The notes under the pieces were generated by a model that worked only from the letters and a program-made list of their open reading frames with translations, searched no databases and was not told where the DNA came from. The position numbers and the translations under genes were made by a program. DNA of 62,557 bases, the filler included, from Anaerolineae bacterium (lineage in GTDB: Bacteria > Chloroflexota > Anaerolineae > Epilineales > Epilineaceae), in NCBI GenBank assembly GCA_029262755.1. It is 5 parts of 5 records of this genome, joined end to end, with 100 filler letters (N's around TTAATTAATTAA, not from the genome) between each part and the next. Parts side by side here need not be neighbours in the genome. Positions count along the whole stretch, not along the records: positions 1 to 10,333 come from JAJCYU010000308.1; positions 10,434 to 34,777 come from JAJCYU010000309.1; 3 more parts are not named here. One strand, written 5' to 3'. Positions 8,172 through 19,500 of the stretch are shown piece after piece; position 1 is the first letter of the stretch; every line of letters starts with the position of its first letter.

Positions 8172-10124
8172 TCACCCCCGCCCGAACGCCCGCACCCACC
8201 GCTCCCCCGGATCATCGAAGCGCACCTGCGCCCGCTCGAAGCGCAGCGGATCAAACCTGTCGCCGAAGCACGTGATCGCCTCGCCGTTCAGCGGGTGCTC
8301 CTCGTCCGCCCGCGCCTCCAGCAACTCCGCGTACATCTCCGGTCCGCCGCAGTCCTCGGGCGGGCAGGCGCCGGCGCCGTCGAGCAGGCGCGGGTAGCTG
8401 CGGCCGGCGGCGCCCGGCTGGACGGCCAGCAGCTCCAGTCGATGCGTCCACCGGTCGCCGAGGTCGTACACGTAGAGAAGCGTCCGCTGCCTGCGGTGGA
8501 GGTAGTCGCGCATAGGGGTCTGCCAGCCGGCGATCGGCTCGGGATCGTCGCCGTACGTCTCGCCGATCGGGATGCCGATGCGGGGCGGCGGGCCGGCGAA
8601 GGAGTCGATACTAGCGAGAGTGCCGGCGCCACCGCGAGCATCGGCAGCCGGACGGAACTCGTGTAGGTGGCAGTCGAACCAGCCCATCGCGTCTTGGATG
8701 GCCACGTGGAGATCCCACAGCGTCGCGTTCGCCGCGATCTCAATCTCGCGCCACACGGGGGTCGGCACGCGCTCAAGCTCGATCCGGATCCGGGCGACGT
8801 CAACGGCTGGCGCTACGCCTACTTCGATCGCCGTGGCCGGCGTGGTCGGGGCGGTCGAGGCGACTGCCGCGTGTCCATCGCGATCGGCCGTAGCCGTGCC
8901 ATCGCCTACGTCGACCGTATCCGCGACGCCCTCTTCCCACACAACGCTCGGCCCCGCAGCCTCTGCGGGCATCGGCACATGCCACACGCCGGGTCGCGCG
9001 GCGCGCATGCGCTGCACGTCGTAGGGGTCGATGCTCGCGCCGCGCGAGGTCACCAGTCCGGGGCGGAAGCCGGGCGATTCGAGCACAGCGCACCACTCGG
9101 CGCCCGCCCACGGGTCGCTGTCGTCCGTTTTCGCGGGCGCGGCCATGACCTCGAGCGGCTGTTCCATCCGCGCCGCGCGGCTCAGGTAGTCGTGGATCCT
9201 CCACTCGTCCGTACGCGCATACGCCACGCGGAAGCGCTCGTCGACGCTCCGGTTGCGCACGCGGACTTGGCCGAGCAAGCGGCCGTATTGATACAGCGCC
9301 GCGAGCGCCCGGACCTCGCCTTCCAGGCGGTCGAGCAGCCGGTCGTGCTTGCCGGCGTCCAAGAGCTTGTGTGCCGGCGCTGGGTCGCCCCATTTGCGCC
9401 GGATCCCGCAGCAGCTCGAAAGCAGCAGGGCCGTGGCGATGGGCAGCACCTTGCCTCCCCCACCGACCTGCACCGTCTTCTGCGGCGGCCGCAGCTCGTG
9501 CAGCCTTCGCCCCCCGTGCTCGATGCCGAGGCCTTCGAGGAGCGGCCGAAGCTCCTCGCCCGCCCACACGTCGTATCCGTACAAGTGGACGATCGCCTCG
9601 GCCAGCCCTTCGCCCGACCAACGCCTGACGTGCCCGCCGTCCACGTCGAGGACCACGAGCGCCTCCGGCGCATCCGCGGGAAAGCCGCGCACGACGGCGC
9701 GGCGCAGGCCCGCCATCATCCGTTGGTTCGCCAACCGCCGCGCGGCTGCGGCACGCGACCGGATCTCGAATGCCTCGTCCTCGGGTGTGCCCGGCGGAAC
9801 ATCGACCGCGCGCGAAGGCCGCAGGCCCAGCCGGAAGGCCCACAAGCTCAGCTCGTCGTCATAGGGGTCGAGGTGGTAGTAGTCACCGTGCCGATACACC
9901 GGCGGCCGATCCGGCCGGCAGCGCTTCAACGCACGCGCAACGGTTGCGCGATCCCCGACCCCGGCGGCGACGAAGCAATCTTCCACCTCCGGCATCATGA
10001 GCGCCCGCCCGTTCTCCAACAACGCCGTGAGCAGCAGCGCATATGGCTTCGCGTCAGGACGCCCGACGACGTCGGCCAACCGGGGAACGGGGATCCCGCA
10101 GGCATCACAGTAGGCGTTGGGCAT
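8172..10124 (-). CDS. Protein with C-terminal plasmid pRiA4b ORF-3-like domain and long unknown N-terminal region
   Basis: VWREIEIAANATLWDLHVAIQDAMGW..CHLHEF, YVYDLGDRWTH and GAGACPPEDCGG are pRiA4b ORF-3 signatures. Confidence 0.8.
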   Translation of the reverse strand: MPNAYCDACGIPVPRLADVVGRPDAKPYALLLTALLENGRALMMPEVEDCFVAAGVGDRATVARALKRCRPDRPPVYRHGDYYHLDPYDDELSLWAFRLGLRPSRAVDVPPGTPEDEAFEIRSRAAAARRLANQRMMAGLRRAVVRGFPADAPEALVVLDVDGGHVRRWSGEGLAEAIVHLYGYDVWAGEELRPLLEGLGIEHGGRRLHELRPPQKTVQVGGGGKVLPIATALLLSSCCGIRRKWGDPAPAHKLLDAGKHDRLLDRLEGEVRALAALYQYGRLLGQVRVRNRSVDERFRVAYARTDEWRIHDYLSRAARMEQPLEVMAAPAKTDDSDPWAGAEWCAVLESPGFRPGLVTSRGASIDPYDVQRMRAARPGVWHVPMPAEAAGPSVVWEEGVADTVDVGDGTATADRDGHAAVASTAPTTPATAIEVGVAPAVDVARIRIELERVPTPVWREIEIAANATLWDLHVAIQDAMGWFDCHLHEFRPAADARGGAGTLASIDSFAGPPPRIGIPIGETYGDDPEPIAGWQTPMRDYLHRRQRTLLYVYDLGDRWTHRLELLAVQPGAAGRSYPRLLDGAGACPPEDCGGPEMYAELLEARADEEHPLNGEAITCFGDRFDPLRFERAQVRFDDPGERWVRAFGRG

Positions 10125-10333
10125 GGGGGGCTCTTTCAGCGTGGGGGGAAACCGTCGTCATCAATGACACCGCGCTGCGCGCCGCGTCCTCGCGTAGAGT
10201 AGATAGTATCGCTCTAGCATCGCAAGCCACCACATCGCCCACGCCGCGCGTCGCGCCAAGAACATTTTGCGACGGGCCGGCATCTGACATAGGCTGCGCG
10301 CGATGAATGGGATACTTCGTAGGGATCACGCCA

Positions 10334-10433
10334 NNNNNNNNNNNNNNNNNNNNNNNNNNNNNNNNNNNNNNNNNNNNTTAATTAATTAANNNNNNNNNNN
10401 NNNNNNNNNNNNNNNNNNNNNNNNNNNNNNNNN
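10334..10433. other. Artificial contig spacer
   Basis: N run, TTAATTAATTAA (stops in all six frames), N run; 100 nt in total. Confidence 0.98.
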
Positions 10434-11605
10434 TCCGAAAGTTCGGGAAGGAGACGTGCCAACTCGCGCAACCATATGGTGGGAACACCCAGCGCGAAGG
10501 GGTCCATGACGTTGAGGGCATTACGCAGGGCGCCGATGATCGGACCAAAGGGCTCGTTGGTTGCGGACTCGAAACAACGTCCGAGCAACACGACCTCTTC
10601 GTCGTCGACATCCGATGCCAGCGCAGCAACCAAGCGGGTCTTGCCTACGCCGGCTTCCCCGGTAACAAGCGCGAGGCCGCCCCGGCCGTCGCGGGCTGCG
10701 TTCCATGATGCCAGCAGGGTTGCGTGCTCGGACTCCCGGCCGATAATCGGTCCGTCGGTCTCACGCAGCGCGCGGGGCAGTGAAGGCCGCCGCGTCAGCA
10801 CGCTCTCAGCGCGTATCGCAGCGGCGCGTGAAAGCGCAGACGGAGCGCCGTGCTCTTCGGCCAACGGCACATCGCTCGCGACGCGCCGATAGAGGTCCGT
10901 GGTTGCGCCCAAGGGCTCGATGCCCAGTTCTTGGCTAAGCAAATCCGCGCACGCACGGTACTGCGCGAGAGCGGCGGCCCGCTGTCCGTCGAGCGCCAAG
11001 TAGCGCATCAAAGCTCGATGGATTTCCTCACGCAACGGATCGATCGCCAGCACGCGTCTTGCCATCTCGATGGCGCGTGGATAGTTGGCGCCTGCCGCGT
11101 GGATGTCCCCGAGGCGGCACAGTGCGGAGAGATAGAGGTTGGCCAGGCGTTCGCGCTCAAGCGTGACCCAATCATCGAAGTCGTAGGCGTCGGTGAGCGA
11201 CATTCCTTCGAGGAATGGGCCGCCGTATGCATCGACCGCGTTCGTAAGCAGGTCTTGTTCGACGGCGCCCTGCTCTGCGCCGACCGCCTCCAACGCCGCA
11301 ACATCGATACGCAGATCCAGGCCGTCGACCAACCCGACGCGCGAACGCTCTACGCGCAACACCGCGCGGGCATCGTCGCCCAAGGCGCGGCGCAACTCGT
11401 AGAGCCCCGTTCGCAGTGAGGCCAACGCGTTCCGCTCACGCACGTCCGGCCAAAAGAACGAGGCCAGGCGATCCCGCGAATGGACTTGGCGGGTCGCAAC
11501 TAGATATGCGAGCAGCGCACGGACCTTGCCGGCACTGAGGTCAAGCTCTCGCTCGTCGAGCGCGAAGCGAGGTGTCCCCAGCAGCCGGACATCCAGGACC
11601 GGCAT
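10434..11605 (-). CDS. AfsR/SARP-family regulator (wHTH + BTAD + AAA ATPase), 3' end lost at contig edge
   Basis: GGAGGAG RBS. LDVRLLG, RALLAYL, SRDRLASFFWPD, DPLREEIHRALM, IIGRESE, Walker A GEAGVGKT. Confidence 0.9.
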
Positions 11606-11774
11606 CAAAACTCCTCCGACGGCGTGGCAGGGGGCGGACCCCACACCGGGAATGGGACTTTCGATCACAATCCGGATTTCGGCGTGCGATCTGCCCGGAG
11701 TTTTGCACGGTGTGCTGAGGAGGCCCACCGGGCCAGCAACACACGACGCAACATCCACTCCGAGCGCCCCACCA

Positions 11775-11790
11775 TAGAACGTACTTTCGA
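11775..11790 (-). promoter_or_regulatory. Possible LexA (GAAC-N4-GTTC type) SOS box abutting a TATGGT -10
   Basis: Minus strand TCGAAAGTACGTTCTATGGT; one mismatch to the GAAC-N4-GTTC core. Confidence 0.35.
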
Positions 11791-11809
11791 CCACCGAAGA
11801 TACGGGTGC

Positions 11810-13876
11810 CTACAGAGATTGACCAGCCTTCAGTGCCACGTCCGAGCCAGTTTTCGAGAGCATCAGATCACCGCCCTCGATTCGGCGTGCACACCAACCG
11901 GGGGCCAGCCAGGTCGTGGCATCACCGTGGGCAAGAATCGCGGGGCCATGCAGGACGGCATCCGAGAGGCTGTCGGCCGCCAAGATCACGGTCGATTGCT
12001 CGGTTGCATCGGCCTGGACGACCGGGGCAGAACCGGCATCATGCGCACGGGTCGCTTGGGTAACTCGCGCCACGGGCGGCGGGGGCTTGGATAGGGGCGC
12101 CTCGAGCTCCGCCCTAGCGCGCAGGGTGACCAACTCGACCGCAGTCCCGTCGAGACGATACCCGTAGCGCCTTTCATGGCTTCGCTCGAACAACTCGATT
12201 GCCTCAGCAAACGCGTCGGGACCCGCGCCGAGCCAAGGAATCGTCAGCTCAAAAGACTGGCCGGCATAGCGTAGATCCGCCTCGCGAACGATGCGTGGCT
12301 CCCCGGTGACGCCGACCTCGCGCAATCCGGCGACGGCCTGATCGACCACCTCCCGCCACGCGCGCCGTCGCGCGGGCTCGTCCGAAGCGTCGGCCGCCCG
12401 CGTGCCGAGCACCGTTCGCGACGCGGTGGTTGCGGGGGCGCACAGCAGAAGCCCCAGGGCGGAGAGCGTACCGGGGCGCGCGGGCACCAGAATGGATTGC
12501 ACGCCGAGGGCATCAGCCAGCGCACAGGCGTGCAAGCCACCCGCACCGCCGAACGCAACCAGCGCGGCGGCCGCGGGGTCGACTCCGCGCTCCACGGAAA
12601 CGCGGCGAAGGGCGCGCTCCATACGCGCCTCGGCCACCTGCACGATGGCACGCGCTGTATCGCGCACGTCGCGGTTCAGCGCCGCTGCGATCGTCGCACA
12701 TGCTTCTTCCGCGGCCAAGCGGTCGATCCGTAGGCCCCCCGGCAGGATCTCGCCATGCGGGATGCGGCCAAGCACGACGTGCGCGTCCGTCACCGTCGGC
12801 TCGGTCCCGCCTCGCTGGAAACAGGCGGGACCCGGTACCGCGCCGGCACTGCGCGGGCCCACGCGCAGCGCGCCGGCGTCGTCGACGTAGGCGATGGAGC
12901 CCCCTCCGGCGCCGATGGTCTGTACATCGACGGCCGGCACGTGAATTCGGTGCCCATCGATCACACCGTCGCTTGCCATCGGAACGTGGCCCTCGCACAA
13001 CGCCACGTCGGTGGACGTGCCGCCCATATCAAAGGTCAGGACGGTTTCCAGGCCCGCGCGCCGAGCCAATGCGAGCGCACCCGCGACCCCTGCCGCCGGG
13101 CCGGAAAGGAGGGTGGCGACGGGGAGTCGCGCCGCCTCGCGGGGAGGCAATGTGCCGCCGTGGGAGCCCATGACCCAAAGTGGGCGCGGCGCAACGCCGG
13201 CGACGAGACGGGCGAGATAGCCATCCATGATCGGCCCGAGGAACGCGTTGACGACCGTGGTGCTCGCCCGCTCGAATTCTCGCATTTCCGGCAGCACGTC
13301 CACAGAAAGCGAAAGGAAGTGCGCTTCCGGCAATCCCGCGAGCGCACGACCGATGGCGCGTTCATGGTCGGGCGCTGCAAACGAAAAGAGAAGACACACC
13401 GCGACGCTCTCCACACCTAAGGCCGCCACGGCCCGCGCCACGCGCTCCGGCTCCTCGGGATCGAGCCCGCTCACTACGGCTCCGCCTGCTCCGATGCGTT
13501 CGCGCGCTTCGACGGTGTGCTCGCGCGCTACGAGAGGCTCGATAGGACGAGGCTGGAGCGCGTAGAGCTCTTCGCGCTCACCGCGCCCCAAGTACAGCAA
13601 GTCCGCGAAGCCCTCGGTTGTCACGAACGCCGTGCGCGCCCCCCGGCGTTCCAGCAGCGCATTCGTCGCGACCGTCGTGCCGTGCGCGACACGCGCGTCG
13701 GCATCAGGGTCAAGCAGGGCGATGCCGTCGAGAATCGCGCTCGCCGGTGACGATGGTGTGGATGGACGCTTGTGAACGCGCAGCGCGCCGTCTTCCCACA
13801 GGACAAAGTCGGTGAAGGTGCCGCCGACATCGACTCCGATTAGCCGGACGTCAGTCACGGCGCCACACGCGTCCAC
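11810..13876 (-). CDS. Hydantoinase/oxoprolinase family, A subunit
   Basis: IGVDVGGTFTD, HGTTVATNALLE, LLSGPAAG, DMGGTSTD, TIGAGGGS, FGGAG, DLRYAGQSFEL. Confidence 0.93.
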   Translation of the reverse strand: MDACGAVTDVRLIGVDVGGTFTDFVLWEDGALRVHKRPSTPSSPASAILDGIALLDPDADARVAHGTTVATNALLERRGARTAFVTTEGFADLLYLGRGEREELYALQPRPIEPLVAREHTVEARERIGAGGAVVSGLDPEEPERVARAVAALGVESVAVCLLFSFAAPDHERAIGRALAGLPEAHFLSLSVDVLPEMREFERASTTVVNAFLGPIMDGYLARLVAGVAPRPLWVMGSHGGTLPPREAARLPVATLLSGPAAGVAGALALARRAGLETVLTFDMGGTSTDVALCEGHVPMASDGVIDGHRIHVPAVDVQTIGAGGGSIAYVDDAGALRVGPRSAGAVPGPACFQRGGTEPTVTDAHVVLGRIPHGEILPGGLRIDRLAAEEACATIAAALNRDVRDTARAIVQVAEARMERALRRVSVERGVDPAAAALVAFGGAGGLHACALADALGVQSILVPARPGTLSALGLLLCAPATTASRTVLGTRAADASDEPARRRAWREVVDQAVAGLREVGVTGEPRIVREADLRYAGQSFELTIPWLGAGPDAFAEAIELFERSHERRYGYRLDGTAVELVTLRARAELEAPLSKPPPPVARVTQATRAHDAGSAPVVQADATEQSTVILAADSLSDAVLHGPAILAHGDATTWLAPGWCARRIEGGDLMLSKTGSDVALKAGQSL

Positions 13877-13879
13877 GCG

Positions 13880-13912
13880 AAAACGGCCGGACGGCGAGCT
13901 GCCGTCCGGCCG
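13880..13912 (-). terminator. Intrinsic terminator downstream of acpP
   Basis: Perfect 12-bp stem CGGCCGGACGGC / GCCGTCCGGCCG with a 5-nt loop, followed by TTTT on the minus strand. Confidence 0.75.
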
Positions 13913-13974
13913 ATATCTTCCATCGGGTGATCCCGAGCAATCCGACTTCGCGCGAAGCGAGTGATTGCGGTGAC

Positions 13975-14250
13975 TCAGGCCTCGCTCTGGGCGTTGCGGA
14001 GATAGTTCACCGCATCGCCGACCGTCTGGATCTTCATCGCGTCGTCTTCGCTGATGTCGCCGACGTTGAACTTGTCCTCAAAGTCCATGATCAACTCGGC
14101 AAGATCCAGGGAATCCGCGTCGAGGTCGTCGCGAAAATGGGTGTTCAACGTGACTTTGTCCGTCTCTACGCCCAGATTTTCCGCAATGATCGCGCTGACT
14201 TTGGTGAAGACCTCGTCCTGCGCGGTCTTCGTGTTTTCGCTGCCGTCCAT
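13975..14250 (-). CDS. acpP: Acyl carrier protein
   Basis: [15 protein letters not shown] (phosphopantetheine Ser), acidic 91-aa protein, GAGGAG RBS. Confidence 0.95.
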   Translation of the reverse strand: MDGSENTKTAQDEVFTKVSAIIAENLGVETDKVTLNTHFRDDLDADSLDLAELIMDFEDKFNVGDISEDDAMKIQTVGDAVNYLRNAQSEA

Positions 14251-14399
14251 GTTCGTTCTCCTCGATTTCGGGGGGGGACCCGGCAGTTATCGGGTCCGCT
14301 CCTCGCCACAGCCGGCACACTATAGGCGTCGGCCCCAACAGCGTCAATCACTATGCGAGCCGTACCACCGCGGTGCTAGAATGCGCCCCTCCCGCTCCC

Positions 14400-15470
14400 A
14401 TGACGAAGGTTGAAGGTCTCCTCTTGAGCACAGACCAGTCGGTCGACGGCGCCCAGACGGCTCGGCGCAAGCGCGACCATGTGCGCATCAACCTCGAGCG
14501 CGACGTCAGCTCGCTGCGCGGCAACGGCCTTGATGCCTGGCGCTTCGTACCCAGCGCCTTGCCGGAGCTCGATCTCCAGGCTGTGCGCGTTGACACGGCA
14601 CTCTTCGGACGTCCGCTCGCCGCGCCGTTGCTGATCTCGTCGATGACCGGTGGCGCGGACGACCTAGCGCCGATCAACCGTCGTCTCGCGGAAGCCGCGC
14701 AGCAGACCGGCATAGCCATGGGTGTAGGCAGCCAACGCGCCGCGGTCGAATCCCCTGCGCTTTCCGAGAGTTTCCGTATTCGTGCCATCGCACCCGATGT
14801 GCCGCTGATGGCCAATCTCGGTGCCGTCCAACTCAACTACGGTTACGGCCTCGATCAGGCGCAAAGCGCCGTCGATATGATCGAGGCGGATGCGTTGATC
14901 CTGCATCTGAACGCGCTCCAAGAGGCCGTGCAGCCCGAGGGCGATACCCGTTTCGCCGGACTCCTTCGTCGCATCGAAGACCTGGCGCGCACGTTGCCCG
15001 TGCCGATTGTTATCAAGGAGGTCGGCTGGGGGATCAGCGCCGCCGACGCTACGCGCCTGCGCGATGTGGGCGTCGCGGCCATCGATGTGGCCGGCGCCGG
15101 GGGCACGAGCTGGAGCGAGGTCGAGAAACACCGCGCGGATTCCGAGGTCGACCACGCCGTCGCGAGCGCCTTCCGTGCTTGGGGCCTATCGACCGCCGAG
15201 AGCCTCGTTGCGGTACGTGCCGTCGCTCCCGATCTCACCCTGATTGCCAGCGGTGGGCTGCGCGACGGAATCGACGTCGCGACCTGCTTGGCGCTCGGCG
15301 CCGACGTTGCCGGCCTCGCCGGACCATTCCTACGGGCGGCCGCGACGTCTACGGACGCGGTGGTCGACGCGATCGGCGTCCTGGCTCGCACGCTGCGCAT
15401 CGCCATGTTCGCCGCCGGCATTGCCGATCTGACAAGCCTGCGCGACACGCCGGCCCTGGTCCGACGATGA
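14400..15470 (+). CDS. fni: Type 2 isopentenyl-diphosphate isomerase (FMN-dependent)
   Basis: RKRDHV, ISSMTGG, MGVGSQR, LHLNALQEAVQPEGD, KEVGWG, GAGGTSW, ASGGLRDG. Extended -10 TGCTAGAAT just upstream. Confidence 0.95.
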   Translation: MTKVEGLLLSTDQSVDGAQTARRKRDHVRINLERDVSSLRGNGLDAWRFVPSALPELDLQAVRVDTALFGRPLAAPLLISSMTGGADDLAPINRRLAEAAQQTGIAMGVGSQRAAVESPALSESFRIRAIAPDVPLMANLGAVQLNYGYGLDQAQSAVDMIEADALILHLNALQEAVQPEGDTRFAGLLRRIEDLARTLPVPIVIKEVGWGISAADATRLRDVGVAAIDVAGAGGTSWSEVEKHRADSEVDHAVASAFRAWGLSTAESLVAVRAVAPDLTLIASGGLRDGIDVATCLALGADVAGLAGPFLRAAATSTDAVVDAIGVLARTLRIAMFAAGIADLTSLRDTPALVRR

Positions 15471-16495
15471 GCACAGATGTTGCGGTCATCCTCGACACCG
15501 TCGACCTCACCGCGGTGCATGCCCGGATGCGCACCGCCGTCGAAACAGCGGAGCCGGGACTTGCCCCGCTCTACGACGCGTTGCGCTATCACCTCGGCTG
15601 GGCGAGTCCTTCCGGTGAGCCGCAAGAGCGGCGCGCCGCGAAGGGCATCCGACCGCGCGCTTGCCTCCTGGCATGCGAAGCCGTCGGCGGCGAGCCGGAC
15701 CAGGCGGCCTCGTGTGCGGCCGCCATCGAGCTAACCCACGAATTCTCGCTGATCCATGACGATATTCAAGACGGAGACCGAGAACGCCGGGGGCGCGCAT
15801 CGCTATGGACCCGCATCGGGATCCCCCAGGCGATCAACGCGGGCGATCTGCTCTGGGCGATCGCGCGAAGCGAGCTATCGGACGCGCCGGTTGCCGCCTC
15901 CGTGCTGCGGCAGCTGATCACCCGGTACGATGAGGCGTGCGTAGCGCTCGCGCAAGGGCAGTACCTCGATTTGGACTTCGAGACGCGCTCCGCGGTGTCG
16001 ACCGCGGAGTATCGGCGCATGGTCGAGGGCAAGACCGGTGCGCTGCTCGGCCTCTCGACCGCGCTCGGCGCGCTGGTCGGCGGCGCAGAGGAGGGGGTCG
16101 TGCGACGCATGCACGATGCGGGTAGAGCCATGGGCGTCGCGTTCCAGATGCGGGACGATTGGCTGGGGCTTTGGGGCGATCCCGAGCGCACGGGCAAGCC
16201 GGCAGGGGCCGATCTCATGCGCCGCAAGAAGAGCCTCCCCGTGCTGATGGCGCTCGAGGAACCCAGTACGCGAGACGCGATGGCCGCGCTACTAGCTCGC
16301 GAAACGATCGACGCCGCCTCCGCCGGAGCGATGGTCGATGCACTGCGAGCGCAGGGCATGGCCGATCTCGTCGCTCGCGCTGCGAGCGAAGAAGCGAACC
16401 GCGCTGTCGTCGCGTTGGAAGCCATGGACTTGCGTGCACGGCCCTGCTCTTCGCTACTCGATCTCGCCCGGTTGGCCGGCAATCGAGATCGCTAG
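15467..16495 (+). CDS. Polyprenyl (GGPP-type) diphosphate synthase
   Basis: ATGA overlap with fni. KGIRP, HEFSLIHDDIQDGDRERRG, GQYLD, GKTG, FQMRDD, KKSLP. Confidence 0.93.
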   Translation: MSTDVAVILDTVDLTAVHARMRTAVETAEPGLAPLYDALRYHLGWASPSGEPQERRAAKGIRPRACLLACEAVGGEPDQAASCAAAIELTHEFSLIHDDIQDGDRERRGRASLWTRIGIPQAINAGDLLWAIARSELSDAPVAASVLRQLITRYDEACVALAQGQYLDLDFETRSAVSTAEYRRMVEGKTGALLGLSTALGALVGGAEEGVVRRMHDAGRAMGVAFQMRDDWLGLWGDPERTGKPAGADLMRRKKSLPVLMALEEPSTRDAMAALLARETIDAASAGAMVDALRAQGMADLVARAASEEANRAVVALEAMDLRARPCSSLLDLARLAGNRDR

Positions 16496-16568
16496 GGGCT
16501 CGTCAAGCTTTGCTCGACCGTTGAGATAGGCTGCGCCCCGGATCGGGTCGGCTCGGCGTAGGAGGCGC

Positions 16569-19500
16569 GTGGGACGTCCGTTGGCCAATGCCGTTGCGAT
16601 GCTGGCCGGACCGACCGATAATATCCATACGATCTGTTCCCATGATCCGAGCCCCCCCGGCCTCCATCCGCTCTCGTCTCTCGTGTGCTTGACGCTGCGT
16701 CCGGCGTCAGCGCGCGCCCGTTCTCCTATCGGAGCTGTGAACGCCATTCGCATCCGAAGAACTGTATCGTGGAGCGTGCTCTGTGCGATCCTGCTCGCAT
16801 GGGGCGCCGTCACGCCGCTGCGACGAGCGATCGGCGGCAACCAACAGCATGGCACGGACATGCGGCTGTATCTGGACACGCCCCACATTACGTGGCGGGC
16901 GATCGCCGGAACGCGCGCGACATTCACGCTCGCGTTCGGCGGGGACGTCGTCGGTCAGGCCGAGGTCGTGGCGCAAGGGGATGGGGTTGTCGAGACCACG
17001 CTCCTGCCCGTAGGCGGCGCAAGAACGCCGTCGGCGGCGCGCCTGCGCGCCGGTGCGGTGCTCACCACATCACTCGCCGGCACGGCACCGTTCGCCGTCA
17101 CCGTGCCCGCGGTGACCGTGCAACGTGCTCGTGGGGCGGCTGCGTCCCTGTCGGCAGCCGGACCTCCGCGCCAGCCCTACACAGCGACATTCCGTGCAGC
17201 GCACGAAGTGATCGGGATCGAGGCCGGCGTGGCGCCGGCCTCGGGCCACGTCGTACTGTCGTCGCCGGTGGGATGGCGGGCGGGACCGGGCCACTCGGTC
17301 ACCCTCGATTGGCGCGCGGCGGATGGGACGATGCTGGTTCGACGTTGGGACGCTGCGCGCTTCGAAGCGTTCTTGGGCAGTACCCGCACGCTTGCAACAG
17401 CTCCCCATGGCAGCCTGCTGGAAGTGAACAGCGCGCGTAGCGGCAAAGCAATCGCCCGAGCGGGCCCAAGCGTCATCACGGGCGCTCCGAACGTGGAACC
17501 GTCCATGGCGATGGACTTGGTTCCAACCGGTGTCGGCGATCCGCGGATTCGAGCGGGCGACATGGTGTCTTTGAGCATGGCGGCGGGTCTGCTCGTTTCC
17601 GGGACTGCACCCCGGATCCGCGCCCGGGTTCTGCCGAACCGAGACGAGGTAGCCGGAATCGGGCCGGCCGGAGCGCGCCTGGACCTGGTGGCCAGGAATG
17701 GCGACGTGCTAGCGACGCGCGTGGTCACCGTTGCTGCGTCGGGCGCCTTTTCCACCTCGTTCGCCGGGGCGGGCGGCCTGGATCTTCTTGCCGAGACGAG
17801 GGTGAGCGTTCATCGAGACGAGGCGGAAGGCGCGTTGCGGTGGACCGCACAGGCCGAGGCCGAACGAATGACGGTGACGCTTGGCAGCCCCGACCTTCAG
17901 GGCCGCGCCGCGCCGGAAACAACGGTTGCAGCCAGTCTGCGGACCGCAGGGGTCACGCGAACGCTGGCAGAGGATACGACCCAGGCCGGTCCCGACGGCG
18001 CGTTCGCGTTGCGCATGCTCGACAGCAAGGGCGCAACCGTTGACGCCGCCCAGGGGCAGCGCCTGCTCGGCGTCTGGGAATTCGGCGGGGCCGTGGACGT
18101 CAGCCTTCCGAATCTGATGGCGGCCGTCGACACGGTATTGGGGGTCGTCAGCGGGGTCGCACCACCCGGCGCCCTCGTGCGCGTGCGTATGGCCGGCACC
18201 AATGGCACGTTTGAAGAGCGCGCGGGCTTGGCCGATAGCCAGGGACGATACGCCGTACCCTTTCCCGATCGCGATGCCGATGATGCATGGCACGGCGATG
18301 CAGCGATCCGTGTGGGCGACGCATTGACGGTCGTGCGGCCTTTTGCGCGCGTTCACGTCCATGCACGCGTCGGGGAGCCTGCCATCACGATCGAAGGTCC
18401 CCCCAAGAGTAGGCTGCGCGTGGTGTTGGAACGTGGCGGCATAGCCATCGCCGAGGGGGAAGGCACGCTTCCCGACGATGGCTGGGGGGCAGGCGGTCCG
18501 GGGTCTGGTACAACATCCTCCGCGAACCTGGAGAGCCGGGATCAGGCCGGTTTCGTCGCACCGGTCTCGGCGGGAGACGTGCTGCGCGTGTGGGTGGGCG
18601 GAAGCAGTCATGCCGCCGAGGTACCGACGATAGCGTGGGAATCCAACACGGTCATCGACCGGGTCACGGGCTATGAACGCGCAGCCGAATCCGTGACGAT
18701 TCAAGCCGGTCGCGCCCAGAGTTCCAGCCCGGAGCAGCCGCTGGATGTGGACGAGGAGGGAGTGTTCCGGCTCGCGACGCGCGACGAGATCGGCTGGGAT
18801 CTTCGGCCGGGCGACACGGTGACCGTGACCGCGCGAACGGGAGTTTTCTCCTTCGTCGAGTCCGCTCACGTGGCTGGACTGCAAATCGACATGGACCGGG
18901 GTCGGGTGACTGGGCTCGCGGGCCCCGGTTCACGTCTGACGGCCGGGCTGTACGAGGCCGGCGGTCGTCGCGTTGCGCAAGCCGCCGCGTCTGCGGACCC
19001 TGCCGGTCACTTCGACCTATCGCTGCGCGACGTTCTCGGGGCGGCCGTCGTGCCCGGCGAAGGCCAGACGTTGGTCGTGCAAGAGGGCACGCGCGTCACG
19101 ACGACCCTCGTCCCACGCTTGCTCTTCGCGGTCGACACCATCGCCGATCGGCTGACCGGCGAGCTGGCGCCGGGGGGCCGATTGCTGGCCGACGTCTCAC
19201 GCCCGACAGGGGACCGTGGCGCCCGTGCGCGGGTGGAGTTGGAGGGTGCGACAGGGCGCTGGGTGATCGATCTCAAGGGCCGCTTGGACCTTGCAGCCGG
19301 CAGCGCGGTGGTGATTCTCGCGCAGGGCATCGCCGGGGAGGAGTGGCTACGTGAGACACGCGTGCCGCAGTTGCATGCGCGCGTAGATGACGTTGTTGTG
19401 CACGGCACGGCGTCGCCGAACGCGACCGTTTGGATCAGCGTCACCCGTGGCGGAGCGATGCTCGCCGGCGGGCAACGCACCGCTACTGATTCGGGCGCCT

